A stretch of 64,000 nt of DNA, from positions 32,001 to 96,000 of the IMG/VR virus record IMGVR_UViG_3300018495_000076. One strand, given 5' to 3'. Below the pieces are notes generated by a model. The model saw only the letters and a list, made by a program, of their open reading frames with translations. It had not been told where the DNA came from and ran no database searches. Made by a program: the position numbers and the translations under genes. Source of the stretch: a virus. Taxonomy: Duplodnaviria; Caudoviricetes. Positions 10,423 to 19,675 of the stretch are shown here, in pieces; position 1 is the stretch's first letter, and each line of letters starts with the position of its first letter.

Positions 10423-10932
10423 TTACTTACCTCCTTTCTCAAGATAATCCATAAGCACCTTACCAGTTTTACAAGCGTGCTCATTTCTTCCGTCAAATCT
10501 GCCATCTTCATACATCTCTCTGCATTTCAGCAACCATTCAAGGCAAAGTGTAGTAAAATCAGACTGCAAGGTTCTGTGCTCACGGCTCATTTGCTCAACG
10601 AATGACTGATAGTTAAAAATGCAGTTGATTTCGTTTGTGATATGACTTGCAAGTTGTTTCTCCTTGGCAACTGTTGGCTCTTTGGTTGCCTCAAAGTAAC
10701 TTACATTTCCAAGTCGATCAACAGATTTCAGTCTTACCTTGGTGTCAGTTTCTCTATCGAGTGTGAACTTACGGAATAAATTCAAACTATTGAGCTTCGT
10801 CATCAGTTCATAACCTGTGGTGCTATCCTCAACTGCGTCTTCAATATGTGCAATAGAACACTCATCTCCATACCACAGATTGCTAAGTGCCTCACGAAGT
10901 CCATTTGAAGTTTTTAACGCTGGATGTTTCAT
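10423..10932 (-). CDS. hypothetical phage protein
   Basis: ORF with SD. Confidence 0.75.
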   Translation of the reverse strand: MKHPALKTSNGLREALSNLWYGDECSIAHIEDAVEDSTTGYELMTKLNSLNLFRKFTLDRETDTKVRLKSVDRLGNVSYFEATKEPTVAKEKQLASHITNEINCIFNYQSFVEQMSREHRTLQSDFTTLCLEWLLKCREMYEDGRFDGRNEHACKTGKVLMDYLEKGGK

Positions 10933-10933
10933 A

Positions 10934-11239
10934 TTAATTCTCCTCCTCATTGTATACTGTTTCTACAAAATCCCACATCATATCCCAATCGTGATTGAAT
11001 GCAGAATCACAACCAAGCCATTCACTGTAAAGGAACTGAAGTGGACGAGAGAAGCTGCTGAGCCATTCATATATATTCTCGTAATCCTCAAATTCATGAT
11101 AATTGCTCATGAACATTTCATAATAGGACTCGTAAAATCCTATTCTGTACCAATGTTCATAGGCATTTACACCAATGTTTGCCTTAAATTCCTCTCGTTC
11201 TCTTTTGATGTTGTTAATAAAAATTTCGTAGCAAGTCAT
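10934..11239 (-). CDS. hypothetical phage protein
   Basis: ORF with SD. Confidence 0.75.
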   Translation of the reverse strand: MTCYEIFINNIKREREEFKANIGVNAYEHWYRIGFYESYYEMFMSNYHEFEDYENIYEWLSSFSRPLQFLYSEWLGCDSAFNHDWDMMWDFVETVYNEEEN

Positions 11240-11240
11240 A

Positions 11241-11561
11241 TTAGTTTTCCTCCTTATTCAAATCTCTTACTCGTTCATTCAGCAATTGCAATGCAACTGT
11301 GAAACTTACATGATAATGTCCATAGTTCAAACTTACTCTGCCTCCAAACACACTTGCAGTCCATACTACATACTGACCATCAAAGTATTGACTCGGCTTG
11401 ATGTATTTGCCGACCACCATAAAGAGTTTATCTTCCTCATCAGGATGGTTATTCAGCTTGCATACAAAAATGGGTTTGCAGTTCAATTCCTCTACTTTTG
11501 CAGTGATTGCACAGTAAGTTTCTGCGGAAATGGTTGTGAAATCTTCGTTGTACTTTTTCAT
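11241..11561 (-). CDS. hypothetical phage protein
   Basis: ORF with SD. Confidence 0.75.
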   Translation of the reverse strand: MKKYNEDFTTISAETYCAITAKVEELNCKPIFVCKLNNHPDEEDKLFMVVGKYIKPSQYFDGQYVVWTASVFGGRVSLNYGHYHVSFTVALQLLNERVRDLNKEEN

Positions 11562-11626
11562 GGTTTATATCTCCAAGTATTTATATTCCCCGTATATCTC
11601 CGATAGGGCAGAGAATTTTGATTTAA

Positions 11627-12610
11627 TTAGCCGACCAACTGCTCCATGTAAATGCCATCATCATCTTCGGATGTCATGACATATTGCAAAACTTCTTCAC
11701 TGTCAGTGTCAACAAACTTGATATTGATATAAGTGTTGGGTACAAAATCGTCGAATATTTGCTTATCGACTTTTATTTTTCCCGTATTCATATCACATTC
11801 AAGTAATTCTGCCTTTTCAAGATCAATGTCTGCGTGAATATTATCAGATTCGTCCACTTCGATGTGATAGAAATTTTCATCACAATGATAACAGGTATAT
11901 GCATAACCTGCCACATCTGACGGAGCAAGGTCTTTGCCACATTTGGGGCATTTTCTGATACGATCACTTTCGTACTTGTCCACAAGAATTCTGTTAGGAT
12001 AATCCTCGTGGTAGTACAATTCCAACTCCGTAGAAGTAGTTGTGTTCAAGCAAATTGGAGTGCCGAGTTCAACGGCTTTTTCTTTAAGTTTGTTGAAAGC
12101 CTCAATGATATCTTCGTGTGTTGTGAGTTTGTTGAGATTGATTTCCTCCTTGTTCTTTAACATCTCTTCAAGTACCTCAAGATATGCTTTATAGTGCTCA
12201 ATATTTTTTTCTGCAAACTCAGAGATACCAAGCACAATTTCCTCGTTTGATATCGTGCCTTTGATGTCATAAATTTCTGCACGAACTTCGTCACAAGTTA
12301 ATTCATCGAGGTTGGCTTTGCCTGTCGCTTCCAACAATTGGTTAAGCCAACACTCGATAAATTCTTGTGTTTCGGCGTCATCCATCAAGCCTTGCAAAAA
12401 ATCATTGTCATCATCATATTCCTCCTCTTCATCTTCAAACCCCTCGTCAAAACACAGTAAGCCTGCCGGTTCATATCCATAAAACTCTGCAAGAGCAATA
12501 AGTGCTTGCTTGGGTTCGTAGGTTATCTTGTTAAAATTGCTTGTTTCTGTGTGTCTGCCGTCAGTTACAATTACGGTGTTGTCTTCAAATGTGATAGTAA
12601 TAGTTTTCAT
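11627..12610 (-). CDS. acidic multi-module protein with Zn ribbon
   Basis: CPKCG...CYHC motif; acidic tract. Confidence 0.8.
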   Translation of the reverse strand: MKTITITFEDNTVIVTDGRHTETSNFNKITYEPKQALIALAEFYGYEPAGLLCFDEGFEDEEEEYDDDNDFLQGLMDDAETQEFIECWLNQLLEATGKANLDELTCDEVRAEIYDIKGTISNEEIVLGISEFAEKNIEHYKAYLEVLEEMLKNKEEINLNKLTTHEDIIEAFNKLKEKAVELGTPICLNTTTSTELELYYHEDYPNRILVDKYESDRIRKCPKCGKDLAPSDVAGYAYTCYHCDENFYHIEVDESDNIHADIDLEKAELLECDMNTGKIKVDKQIFDDFVPNTYINIKFVDTDSEEVLQYVMTSEDDDGIYMEQLVG

Positions 12611-12834
12611 ATATAAATCCTTTCTGCTCGTTTATGTCCGTAATCGCCCAGACATTTTGTTTTGTTAATGCTTTTGAATCATATATCCCAAACCAAAGAA
12701 GTTCATTGCCGTATCAAGGCAACGGAATTGCCATGCTTCTTTTTCATTTTCAGTATGGATAGGATAGCCGTATTCATCTGTTCCAGATATGTACAGCCAT
12801 TTTCCCTTATTCCGTTTACATACAGTCCAATAAG

Positions 12835-13287
12835 TCAGAATTGCTTCCTCCTTGATCTCTCTGATCTATCCAAACATTCTTGCAGTCGTACCTTTTTGCC
12901 AAGTCTTTTATCTCGCTCCCCTTTCTGAATGCGAGTTGCCTTGCCTGTTTCTTGCAGACGGTTTGGCATATCGTACTTATATGCAAGGTGATGCATGTGC
13001 TTAGAGTAATTACTTTCTGTTGTTCGAGCATTGTTGCAGAGTTCAAATTTCTCTTTGTACTCTGCTATGCTCATATTGTGAAACTCTCTCACATGAGAAC
13101 CGAGCCGTTTGTATGCTCGTCCACACATATGGCAGATTACATAGCCACGGTGGTCATGCTCAATTTTACCTTTTGGTGGGATGGGATTATCAGTTCCTCC
13201 TTTGAGGTAGTAGAGATAACAGCCTTGGCATGTTGTCCCCGGGTAAACTTTGGTTGGAATTACTTTTCCGCATTTTGTGCATTGCAT
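12835..13287 (-). CDS. Ros/MucR-family zinc-finger DNA-binding protein with N-terminal Zn ribbon
   Basis: CHMCGRAYKRLGSHVREFHNMSIAEYKEKFEL fits the MucR C2H2 and EYKxKFGL-type signature. Confidence 0.7.
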   Translation of the reverse strand: MQCTKCGKVIPTKVYPGTTCQGCYLYYLKGGTDNPIPPKGKIEHDHRGYVICHMCGRAYKRLGSHVREFHNMSIAEYKEKFELCNNARTTESNYSKHMHHLAYKYDMPNRLQETGKATRIQKGERDKRLGKKVRLQECLDRSERSRRKQF

Positions 13288-14144
13288 TTTTGTGCCTCCT
13301 TGAAATCATCGACAATCTGCCATAGCCAAGCGGCAAATTTGTCGTAGTTTTTGATGGGTTCGTCGTAGGATTTGTGCTGTTTGGTTTTGTAGTCGTACTC
13401 ACATTTATGTTGAGTGAGTTTATCGACAACTTCGTAACCGATACTGTCTACAAGGATGAAGCGCTTGTTGTCTACATCCACATAGAATGTAAACGAGTTT
13501 CGTGCATTTCTCAGTATAAACCCATCACCACTATAATCCGACCTAAATCTGTAACTTCCAAATTCCTTATTGTGCTTAAAACTATTATCAATGGACAATT
13601 CCTCATTTTCCCAATAAGGCACAATTCCGTACTTCTTGGCATTGTCAATCATGAATTGCTTGAGTGGTTTCATATCAGGGATTCCTTGAGGATATTCACA
13701 GAAGAAGCAATCATTCTTTTCTCTGAAGAGAATAGGCTTTTCTTCGATGTCGTGAACACACTTCTTGTTGTACTTTGGTATATAAGCACAAGAAATTTGA
13801 TACACTCTCTTCTCATTGACAATGGAAATTTTCTTGTTGCCATCTTTAACTTCTTGCACATCACGGCTTGACTCCTCTTTGAGCAGAGTGTGTTCATGGA
13901 ACCACCAGCATCCATCACACTGATTGATTTTCGCTCTCTCCTCGGCAATTGCCTCAGCCACCTCGTCATAAGTGCCTTGCTTAACAGAAGAGCAATAAAA
14001 TGCTCCAAGACGAATGTCGTCAATGATGTATTTGACCTCTTTATCCATGATTCGTTTTCCGTCTGTTGTGTTGTATTGATTGCTGAAAATATGGGTTGTA
14101 TCAACCTCTTTAATTTCTCCGTTGCGCAGTACAAGTTTCATCAT
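13260..14144 (-). CDS. hypothetical phage protein (294 aa, Cys-containing)
   Basis: long ORF with SD. Confidence 0.8.
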   Translation of the reverse strand: MMKLVLRNGEIKEVDTTHIFSNQYNTTDGKRIMDKEVKYIIDDIRLGAFYCSSVKQGTYDEVAEAIAEERAKINQCDGCWWFHEHTLLKEESSRDVQEVKDGNKKISIVNEKRVYQISCAYIPKYNKKCVHDIEEKPILFREKNDCFFCEYPQGIPDMKPLKQFMIDNAKKYGIVPYWENEELSIDNSFKHNKEFGSYRFRSDYSGDGFILRNARNSFTFYVDVDNKRFILVDSIGYEVVDKLTQHKCEYDYKTKQHKSYDEPIKNYDKFAAWLWQIVDDFKEAQKCNAQNAEK

Positions 14145-14157
14145 TTTAATTCCTCCT

Positions 14158-14565
14158 TTACCAAATATCTCTCATTGCTTTAATCTGTTCCTCGGTAAAG
14201 CACCTACGAACATCATTGTATTCCTTGACGACAGCATTATATGTGTTGATAAGATTTGTCATATCCTCAACACAGTGGATTTCATATCCGAACTCATGCA
14301 TAAAATCATCTATACTTCCGACATCGTACTTTTCCAAGCATGAGAGTATGTCGTACTCAGTGGGTTTTATGTTTGCTTCCGTGTTATGTCGGCTATCATA
14401 AAAATTCCCAGTCATTTGACCTCTCTGTGTCTTGATGATAAATGTGTACATATTATGGTTGCCTTTGTCCCAAGTTACTTTGACTTTACCAATATATGTG
14501 ATACTCATTGTTGCAGGGCATGTGTTCAAAAATTCTCTTGCTTGGTTTTGATAATCAGTTGTCAT
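14158..14565 (-). CDS. hypothetical phage protein
   Basis: ORF with SD. Confidence 0.75.
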   Translation of the reverse strand: MTTDYQNQAREFLNTCPATMSITYIGKVKVTWDKGNHNMYTFIIKTQRGQMTGNFYDSRHNTEANIKPTEYDILSCLEKYDVGSIDDFMHEFGYEIHCVEDMTNLINTYNAVVKEYNDVRRCFTEEQIKAMRDIW

Positions 14566-14738
14566 TTTTTAATTCCTCCCGTTTTGTAACAAGTTTTGCT
14601 CTCAATTTAGTGAGCAATTGAATTGCGTCACATTGCTCATCCAATGTGTCGATATCATCCATTTCGATGATTGACAGCAATGCGTTATCAAGCAACTTGA
14701 TGTTTTTGTTCGTTGTCATGGTTGAGCTCCTCGCTTTC

Positions 14739-15014
14739 TTACAATGTGGCACAGAAGTTGGCTAATTTGTGCCACAAGTGGTATGTGTCCAAGGTCATCT
14801 TGATTTCCTCAGGCACACCGGTTCTCAGATACCAAGTGTAGGCTTGCTTGTGCAATCTGTAGCAAGCCTCAATCTCGGCTTCTGTGAATTGCTCCCTCAT
14901 GAGCCTTCTGCGCTTGCCAGTGTTCCATACGGCACGGCTCATTGTTTCGGCAACAACCGAATAAGGGATTTCCTTACGGATTTCGTCTGCATTAAAGCTG
15001 ATGTAAAGTTTCAT
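14739..15014 (-). CDS. hypothetical phage protein
   Basis: ORF with SD. Confidence 0.75.
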   Translation of the reverse strand: MKLYISFNADEIRKEIPYSVVAETMSRAVWNTGKRRRLMREQFTEAEIEACYRLHKQAYTWYLRTGVPEEIKMTLDTYHLWHKLANFCATL

Positions 15015-15016
15015 AA

Positions 15017-15364
15017 TTACACCTCCCTTCTTGCATTGTTGTCCACAATATCGTCAAACCAACGACTACCAACCTCAAAACGAGCCAAGGCAATTTTCAT
15101 GTGGTTGATGTTGGTTACGGATACGATTGTCAGATCGTTGGGATATGCATTGGCACCACGAAGACCGTAGGTTGCATTCATAAATTCTCCTGTGATGATG
15201 TGGAATGTTGGTTCTTGCCCATCGATTGTTGCCCCAAGATTAACAAGCCAATCCATTACGGCTTCAAAGTTTTCTTCTGCTGCAGTTAATCCCTCCCAAG
15301 TGAGGGCGCTCTGATTGTAGAGTGCCTCAAGTTGTGCTTTTGTGCATACATTAATTGTTTCCAT
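15017..15364 (-). CDS. hypothetical phage protein
   Basis: ORF with SD. Confidence 0.75.
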   Translation of the reverse strand: METINVCTKAQLEALYNQSALTWEGLTAAEENFEAVMDWLVNLGATIDGQEPTFHIITGEFMNATYGLRGANAYPNDLTIVSVTNINHMKIALARFEVGSRWFDDIVDNNARREV

Positions 15365-15378
15365 TGTTAAATTCCTCC

Positions 15379-15873
15379 TTAATTTTCAGATATCAGTTTG
15401 TTAAGTTCTTTTCGTGCTTCGTCTCGCAAGGCAATTGCTTCTTGCAATTTTTGTTGGAGTTCCTCCATACGAGCCTTGTGCTGAAATTCCTCAATGTAAA
15501 TATCGTTCCGAAGTTCCTCAATGTGAGCGTCCTGCTTGTTGATTTGCTCGTTAGCATTACGCATTTTATTTTGTTTTGCTATCAGTTCGTCATAAGCCCT
15601 TGCCTTTTCGGCATTAGCACGGTTGGTTTCGGCAATTTCTTGCATGAATTCAAGTATTTCATCTGCATAGCAGAAGCGAAGTCCCTTTACAGTTTTCATA
15701 CGCTTGGTCAGTACCCACGAGATTGCACCAGAAGTAACCCCAATTGCTTTTGCTGCTTCTGCTACCGAAGCATAGAATGTGTTGGTTGTAATGCAGAATA
15801 CTGCTCTGCAATTTCTGTTGGTTTTGATTCCGTTAGCATTAATGGTTGCGATGTTCTGAAGTGTGATAGTCAT
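15379..15873 (-). CDS. NUMOD1-like HTH DNA-binding protein with C-terminal coiled coil (no nuclease domain seen)
   Basis: RAVFCITTNTFYASVAEAAKAIGV...KTVKGLRFCY motif. Confidence 0.65.
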   Translation of the reverse strand: MTITLQNIATINANGIKTNRNCRAVFCITTNTFYASVAEAAKAIGVTSGAISWVLTKRMKTVKGLRFCYADEILEFMQEIAETNRANAEKARAYDELIAKQNKMRNANEQINKQDAHIEELRNDIYIEEFQHKARMEELQQKLQEAIALRDEARKELNKLISEN

Positions 15874-15928
15874 AGTTTTATACCTTCCTTTTGGCATTGT
15901 TGCCTTTTTTCTTTTGTGTTTTTTTGGT

Positions 15929-16150
15929 TTAGTTGCGAATAAGTTCGCTCGGTTCAATTGTTTCTTCGGTGAAGTCTTCAACATAAGCCCAATTGTGTTC
16001 ACCTCGTTCGTTATCAACGAGTTCACAATTGTATCCCTTTTGGCAGTTCTCCCATATGAAGTCTTGCACCTCATAGAAATTGTCGGTTTCAAGGCTGTCC
16101 ATAAGTCCAGCAAAGTTTGTGCACAGATACGCTTTAACGATGTATCTCAT
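15929..16150 (-). CDS. hypothetical phage protein
   Basis: ORF with SD. Confidence 0.7.
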   Translation of the reverse strand: MRYIVKAYLCTNFAGLMDSLETDNFYEVQDFIWENCQKGYNCELVDNERGEHNWAYVEDFTEETIEPSELIRN

Positions 16151-16168
16151 AGTCCGTTCCTCCTTTCA

Positions 16169-16876
16169 TTAATGATCCCATTCAGGGAAATATGCAGACC
16201 AAACGGGAATGCCGTCATGGTCAAGATATACCATATGCATTGCAGGTTTCCATCCTGCATAGTTGACAATTTGCCCTTGCCAACAAATGCAGGTTACTCT
16301 TTCGTCGGTAAGGTCATCAAATGCGATTTTGCGGCTGACTTCCGTGAAGAACTTGTCCTTGCTTGTTTGCAGATGTACGATGTGCTCTTCGCCCTCGCAG
16401 TCGGTGTAGATATAAAAGCACGGCTTGTTAATTCGAGAAGCATAGATATGAGTAATTAATCCTTCTAGACAATTCTCAATTTTTTCAAGTTTTATGGTGT
16501 TATGCAGACCAATATCTCCATCCATGATGTCGTGTGCTTTTTGGTATTCGGCAAATATTTCACTCACTTTGTCATGGATCAGTTCTTTCAAGTCAAATTC
16601 CCTTTTGGGGCAGTCTTGAAAATCCTCCCATTCAAGAACCGTATAGCCGTTTTCTTTAGCAGACTGGATATCGCCCACTCTGCCGTCATTGAAGTAGTAG
16701 ACGGTTCTCTCTTTGTAATACTTACTCCAATTGTCTTTTCTGACATAGCTATCACCACTATGCCAAATTCTGCCGTTTTCGTGAAGGAGTGCACAAAATT
16801 CTTGTGCTGCTTCTTCTGTTTTGGTATGCATAACGAACTTTCCGTTTCTGTAATTTTCAATGTTAAATTTTTTCAT
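16169..16876 (-). CDS. hypothetical phage protein
   Basis: ORF with SD. Confidence 0.8.
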   Translation of the reverse strand: MKKFNIENYRNGKFVMHTKTEEAAQEFCALLHENGRIWHSGDSYVRKDNWSKYYKERTVYYFNDGRVGDIQSAKENGYTVLEWEDFQDCPKREFDLKELIHDKVSEIFAEYQKAHDIMDGDIGLHNTIKLEKIENCLEGLITHIYASRINKPCFYIYTDCEGEEHIVHLQTSKDKFFTEVSRKIAFDDLTDERVTCICWQGQIVNYAGWKPAMHMVYLDHDGIPVWSAYFPEWDH

Positions 16877-16900
16877 TTTCTTAATTCCTTTCTTTAATGG

Positions 16901-16939
16901 TTTCCGTAACACACTTTGTTGTTCAATGTGTTACGGAAA
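16901..16939. repeat. perfect 13-bp inverted repeat TTTCCGTAACACA-N13-TGTGTTACGGAAA (operator or terminator)
   Basis: seen directly; half-sites recur at about 17171 and 17207. Confidence 0.7.
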
Positions 16940-16977
16940 TGTTTGTTGTTGGTGTTGTGTAATTTTTGGTGTGATAC

Positions 16978-17136
16978 TTAGAATCCGTTACGGTTGTATT
17001 TCCAACGGATATCGAGCACCTTGAACTGTGTCCAAGATTCCCATGCTTGCTTGAGTACATCTGTGCAGTTTTCAACGATATTACCCATTGTGAGTGATTT
17101 CCATCTGTAAATAATACCTTTTTGAGTGTTTTTCAT
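16978..17136 (-). CDS. small hypothetical protein (52 aa, MKNTQKG...), not in ORF track
   Basis: GGAGG SD, open frame. Confidence 0.65.
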   Translation of the reverse strand: MKNTQKGIIYRWKSLTMGNIVENCTDVLKQAWESWTQFKVLDIRWKYNRNGF

Positions 17137-17234
17137 TTGTAATTTCCTCCGTTTAAGTTGTTGTTAATTGTTTCCATAACCCATTATAAATCATTCTGTC
17201 GTGTAATGTGTTACGGAAATGTAAATTTTGTTTG

Positions 17235-17756
17235 TTACGCTATTGCTTTACCAAGCAGATCGTATCTCTGGTCCGCAGTCAGCTTGTCGTCGTTCATGAT
17301 CTCGTAGCATTTTACGAACACGATAAGATCATCAAATTCCTCACTGATATCGTTGATTAATTCTTCCTCATTGTTCACAACATCTCGATACTCATATGGA
17401 TCATAATCTTCCAAAAACTCATTGATTTGCTCGGCAAGATAACGTTTGTCGTTTTCCCTGAGTTCATCCCATATGTGGCTATAAGCGCCAATTCCGTAAA
17501 GATGTTGAACACCATCAATGGTTTTTATATCTTCGCCCTTCCAAATGTATGGCTCGTCGCAGTCATCATACTGGATGACGAATGCGTCAGCGTCCTCATC
17601 ATAAATCATTGGACTGTCATCGTTATGCCATTCGGACATAATTTTGAGTGCCTCATCAAATGTGAAGTACGGTGTCGCCCATCCATTCCACAAGTAGCCA
17701 CTTGTGTATCCGATGTATAAATGCCCTCCATCAATGTAGAATACTGATTTTTTCAT
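17235..17756 (-). CDS. hypothetical phage protein
   Basis: ORF with SD; WNGWATPYFT motif. Confidence 0.8.
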   Translation of the reverse strand: MKKSVFYIDGGHLYIGYTSGYLWNGWATPYFTFDEALKIMSEWHNDDSPMIYDEDADAFVIQYDDCDEPYIWKGEDIKTIDGVQHLYGIGAYSHIWDELRENDKRYLAEQINEFLEDYDPYEYRDVVNNEEELINDISEEFDDLIVFVKCYEIMNDDKLTADQRYDLLGKAIA

Positions 17757-17767
17757 AAAATTCCTCC

Positions 17768-17890
17768 TTATGCGACATTGCGCAGATTAAAAATGAAATT
17801 CAATGCGGCTTTACAAGTATCAAACAGATATATTGTGCCGTTTACGGTTACAAGATACTTGTTATCAACTTTCTTGAATGTGATTTTCAT
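17768..17890 (-). CDS. small hypothetical protein (40 aa)
   Basis: AAAGGA SD, open frame. Confidence 0.55.
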   Translation of the reverse strand: MKITFKKVDNKYLVTVNGTIYLFDTCKAALNFIFNLRNVA

Positions 17891-17937
17891 GGGTATAATT
17901 CCTTTCTCCCCGTATTGCCGATAGGTCAGCTTGTAAA

Positions 17938-18201
17938 TTAGTCTTCGTTGTGTTCTCTTTCTTGCAGTTCGTCCAAGATGTCGAGTGCCTTGTTACGGCA
18001 TTCACCTTTGCCTACCATAACAAGTTCTTTTTTTGCAGACTCATAAAAGCCTGCACGAGCAAGGTCATACCATGCATGACCCCATGTTCTGTGGGTGTTG
18101 CAAATGTCCCACAAGCAGTCCTTGAGGTGTTCTGTACCCCAATAACCACTGTCGGCCTTTCCCTTCACGTAACCTTTTACTCTTGCGGAAAGTCTTGCCA
18201 T
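17938..18201 (-). CDS. hypothetical early protein
   Basis: AAGGAGGT SD. Confidence 0.75.
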   Translation of the reverse strand: MARLSARVKGYVKGKADSGYWGTEHLKDCLWDICNTHRTWGHAWYDLARAGFYESAKKELVMVGKGECRNKALDILDELQEREHNED

Positions 18202-18352
18202 ATATATACCTCCTTGCCACGACCTTAACTGCCCAATCGAGTGGGTTCAGTGGTTTATGTGGCTGTGCTTTATATGACTTGTGTGCTTGTTTAAGCCCAC
18301 AATGAAGCCCTTGACCATTTGCACAGTCAAGAGCTCGATGTAGGTTTAAGCA

Positions 18353-18652
18353 TTACATGACGCGGCAAAGTGCATTGACACCGTTGTAAATCAAGCCGTC
18401 AATGCCGAGAAAATACTGTGTACCGTTCTTGTAGATGATGAACTTGTCAGGCTGACAAACAGAACCAAAGCCACACCATTCAATGCGACAATGTCTGCTT
18501 TTTGCAAGCTTGCACACTTTTGCGAACAATTCGTTGCATACAGCTTCTTGGGTACGCCAATTGCCATACATACGAACTTCATACAGTTCCTTGCAAAGTT
18601 CAATCATTTCGGTCGTTTTGTTGCCCATAAGAGCACGGATAGTTTTGTACAT
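18353..18652 (-). CDS. hypothetical early protein
   Basis: GGAGGT SD. Confidence 0.75.
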   Translation of the reverse strand: MYKTIRALMGNKTTEMIELCKELYEVRMYGNWRTQEAVCNELFAKVCKLAKSRHCRIEWCGFGSVCQPDKFIIYKNGTQYFLGIDGLIYNGVNALCRVM

Positions 18653-18693
18653 AAGTACCTCCGACAGTAGGTTGTCAGCCGTAAATTTTCACT

Positions 18694-18743
18694 GACAGTT
18701 TCGCTCTTGCTTGTCAGCGTCGGACTTTTACCGACGGACTGTC
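18694..18743 (-). ncRNA. type III hammerhead-like ribozyme with variant core CUGACAA
   Basis: GACAG-UC / CGUCGG UAAAAGU CCGACG / CUGACAA / GC AAGA GC / GAAA CUGUC. Confidence 0.65.
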
Positions 18744-18785
18744 GTCATAAAACGGCTACACAATTGTAGCCGTTGTAAGTTATGC

Positions 18786-19010
18786 TCAATTGATGACTTC
18801 GACCTTTTTGACGATTGTGTAAAAGCTTTCGTCATAATCAGCCGAACTAACATTACGGACAGTTCCGTAAGGGGTTGTAAATCTAAACCCTGTTGTGGTC
18901 AATTCAAACAGCCCCGTAACTCCGTGCTCATTGTTGGGTTTTGTGTTACCATACATGACAAACATTTTGCCATCGTAATTTTTGCGAACCAAATACCAAT
19001 AAAGTTTCAT
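18786..19010 (-). CDS. hypothetical early protein
   Basis: ORF with SD. Confidence 0.7.
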   Translation of the reverse strand: MKLYWYLVRKNYDGKMFVMYGNTKPNNEHGVTGLFELTTTGFRFTTPYGTVRNVSSADYDESFYTIVKKVEVIN

Positions 19011-19142
19011 AAATGACCTTTCTGCCCAAATGGACAATGCTCAATTTTTCTGCACGAGAGCTGGTGCAAATATTTAATGCCGTATGAGGGCTGGGATAGG
19101 GTTTGATTAACGGCTCAAACCCTTCAGAAAGCCGGTTACACA

Positions 19143-19310
19143 TTACACTTCCGTAACTTCAAAATCCATCGGCTCATCCACAATGCTTTGATGCGCCAAC
19201 GCCCATGCAATCAGTTTTTCGACTGCCTCGTCTTCGTCATGTGCCTCAACTACATGTGTGGTGCATTCGGGCATAGGTGCAAAACTCCAATAACCTCTAA
19301 ATCTTTTCAT
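19143..19310 (-). CDS. hypothetical early protein
   Basis: overlapping stop/start with the upstream gene, SD. Confidence 0.7.
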   Translation of the reverse strand: MKRFRGYWSFAPMPECTTHVVEAHDEDEAVEKLIAWALAHQSIVDEPMDFEVTEV

Positions 19311-19675
19311 GCTTGTACCTCCTTCAATTCCTTCTTTGCTTGTGCATATCTTGCTTCCCACTCTTTGCAGTAAGCAATTGTGTCTCGCAAATCTTGTGCC
19401 AATTCTGCGAGTTCGTCCGTGAAGTTTTCAGGTTCCCAGATTTCGGTGTCGAGCAATTTGCTCAGATCCCTATGTATACGAACACGAGTATCACGAGAAT
19501 TCATGATTGCCACGGTGTAGGCACACTTGAGGTGCATGAGTTCCTTTTCACGGCGGAGTTTGCCGTTGGGTGTGTCTTCAAGCACGAGTGCTTTGATGGC
19601 TTCACTTGCATAGAAGTAACATGTCGAAACTTCCAATTCCTCTGCCTTGCGAATTGCGTTCATAAATCTTTCCAT
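19307..19675 (-). CDS. hypothetical early protein
   Basis: AAGGAGG SD. Confidence 0.8.
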   Translation of the reverse strand: MERFMNAIRKAEELEVSTCYFYASEAIKALVLEDTPNGKLRREKELMHLKCAYTVAIMNSRDTRVRIHRDLSKLLDTEIWEPENFTDELAELAQDLRDTIAYCKEWEARYAQAKKELKEVQA

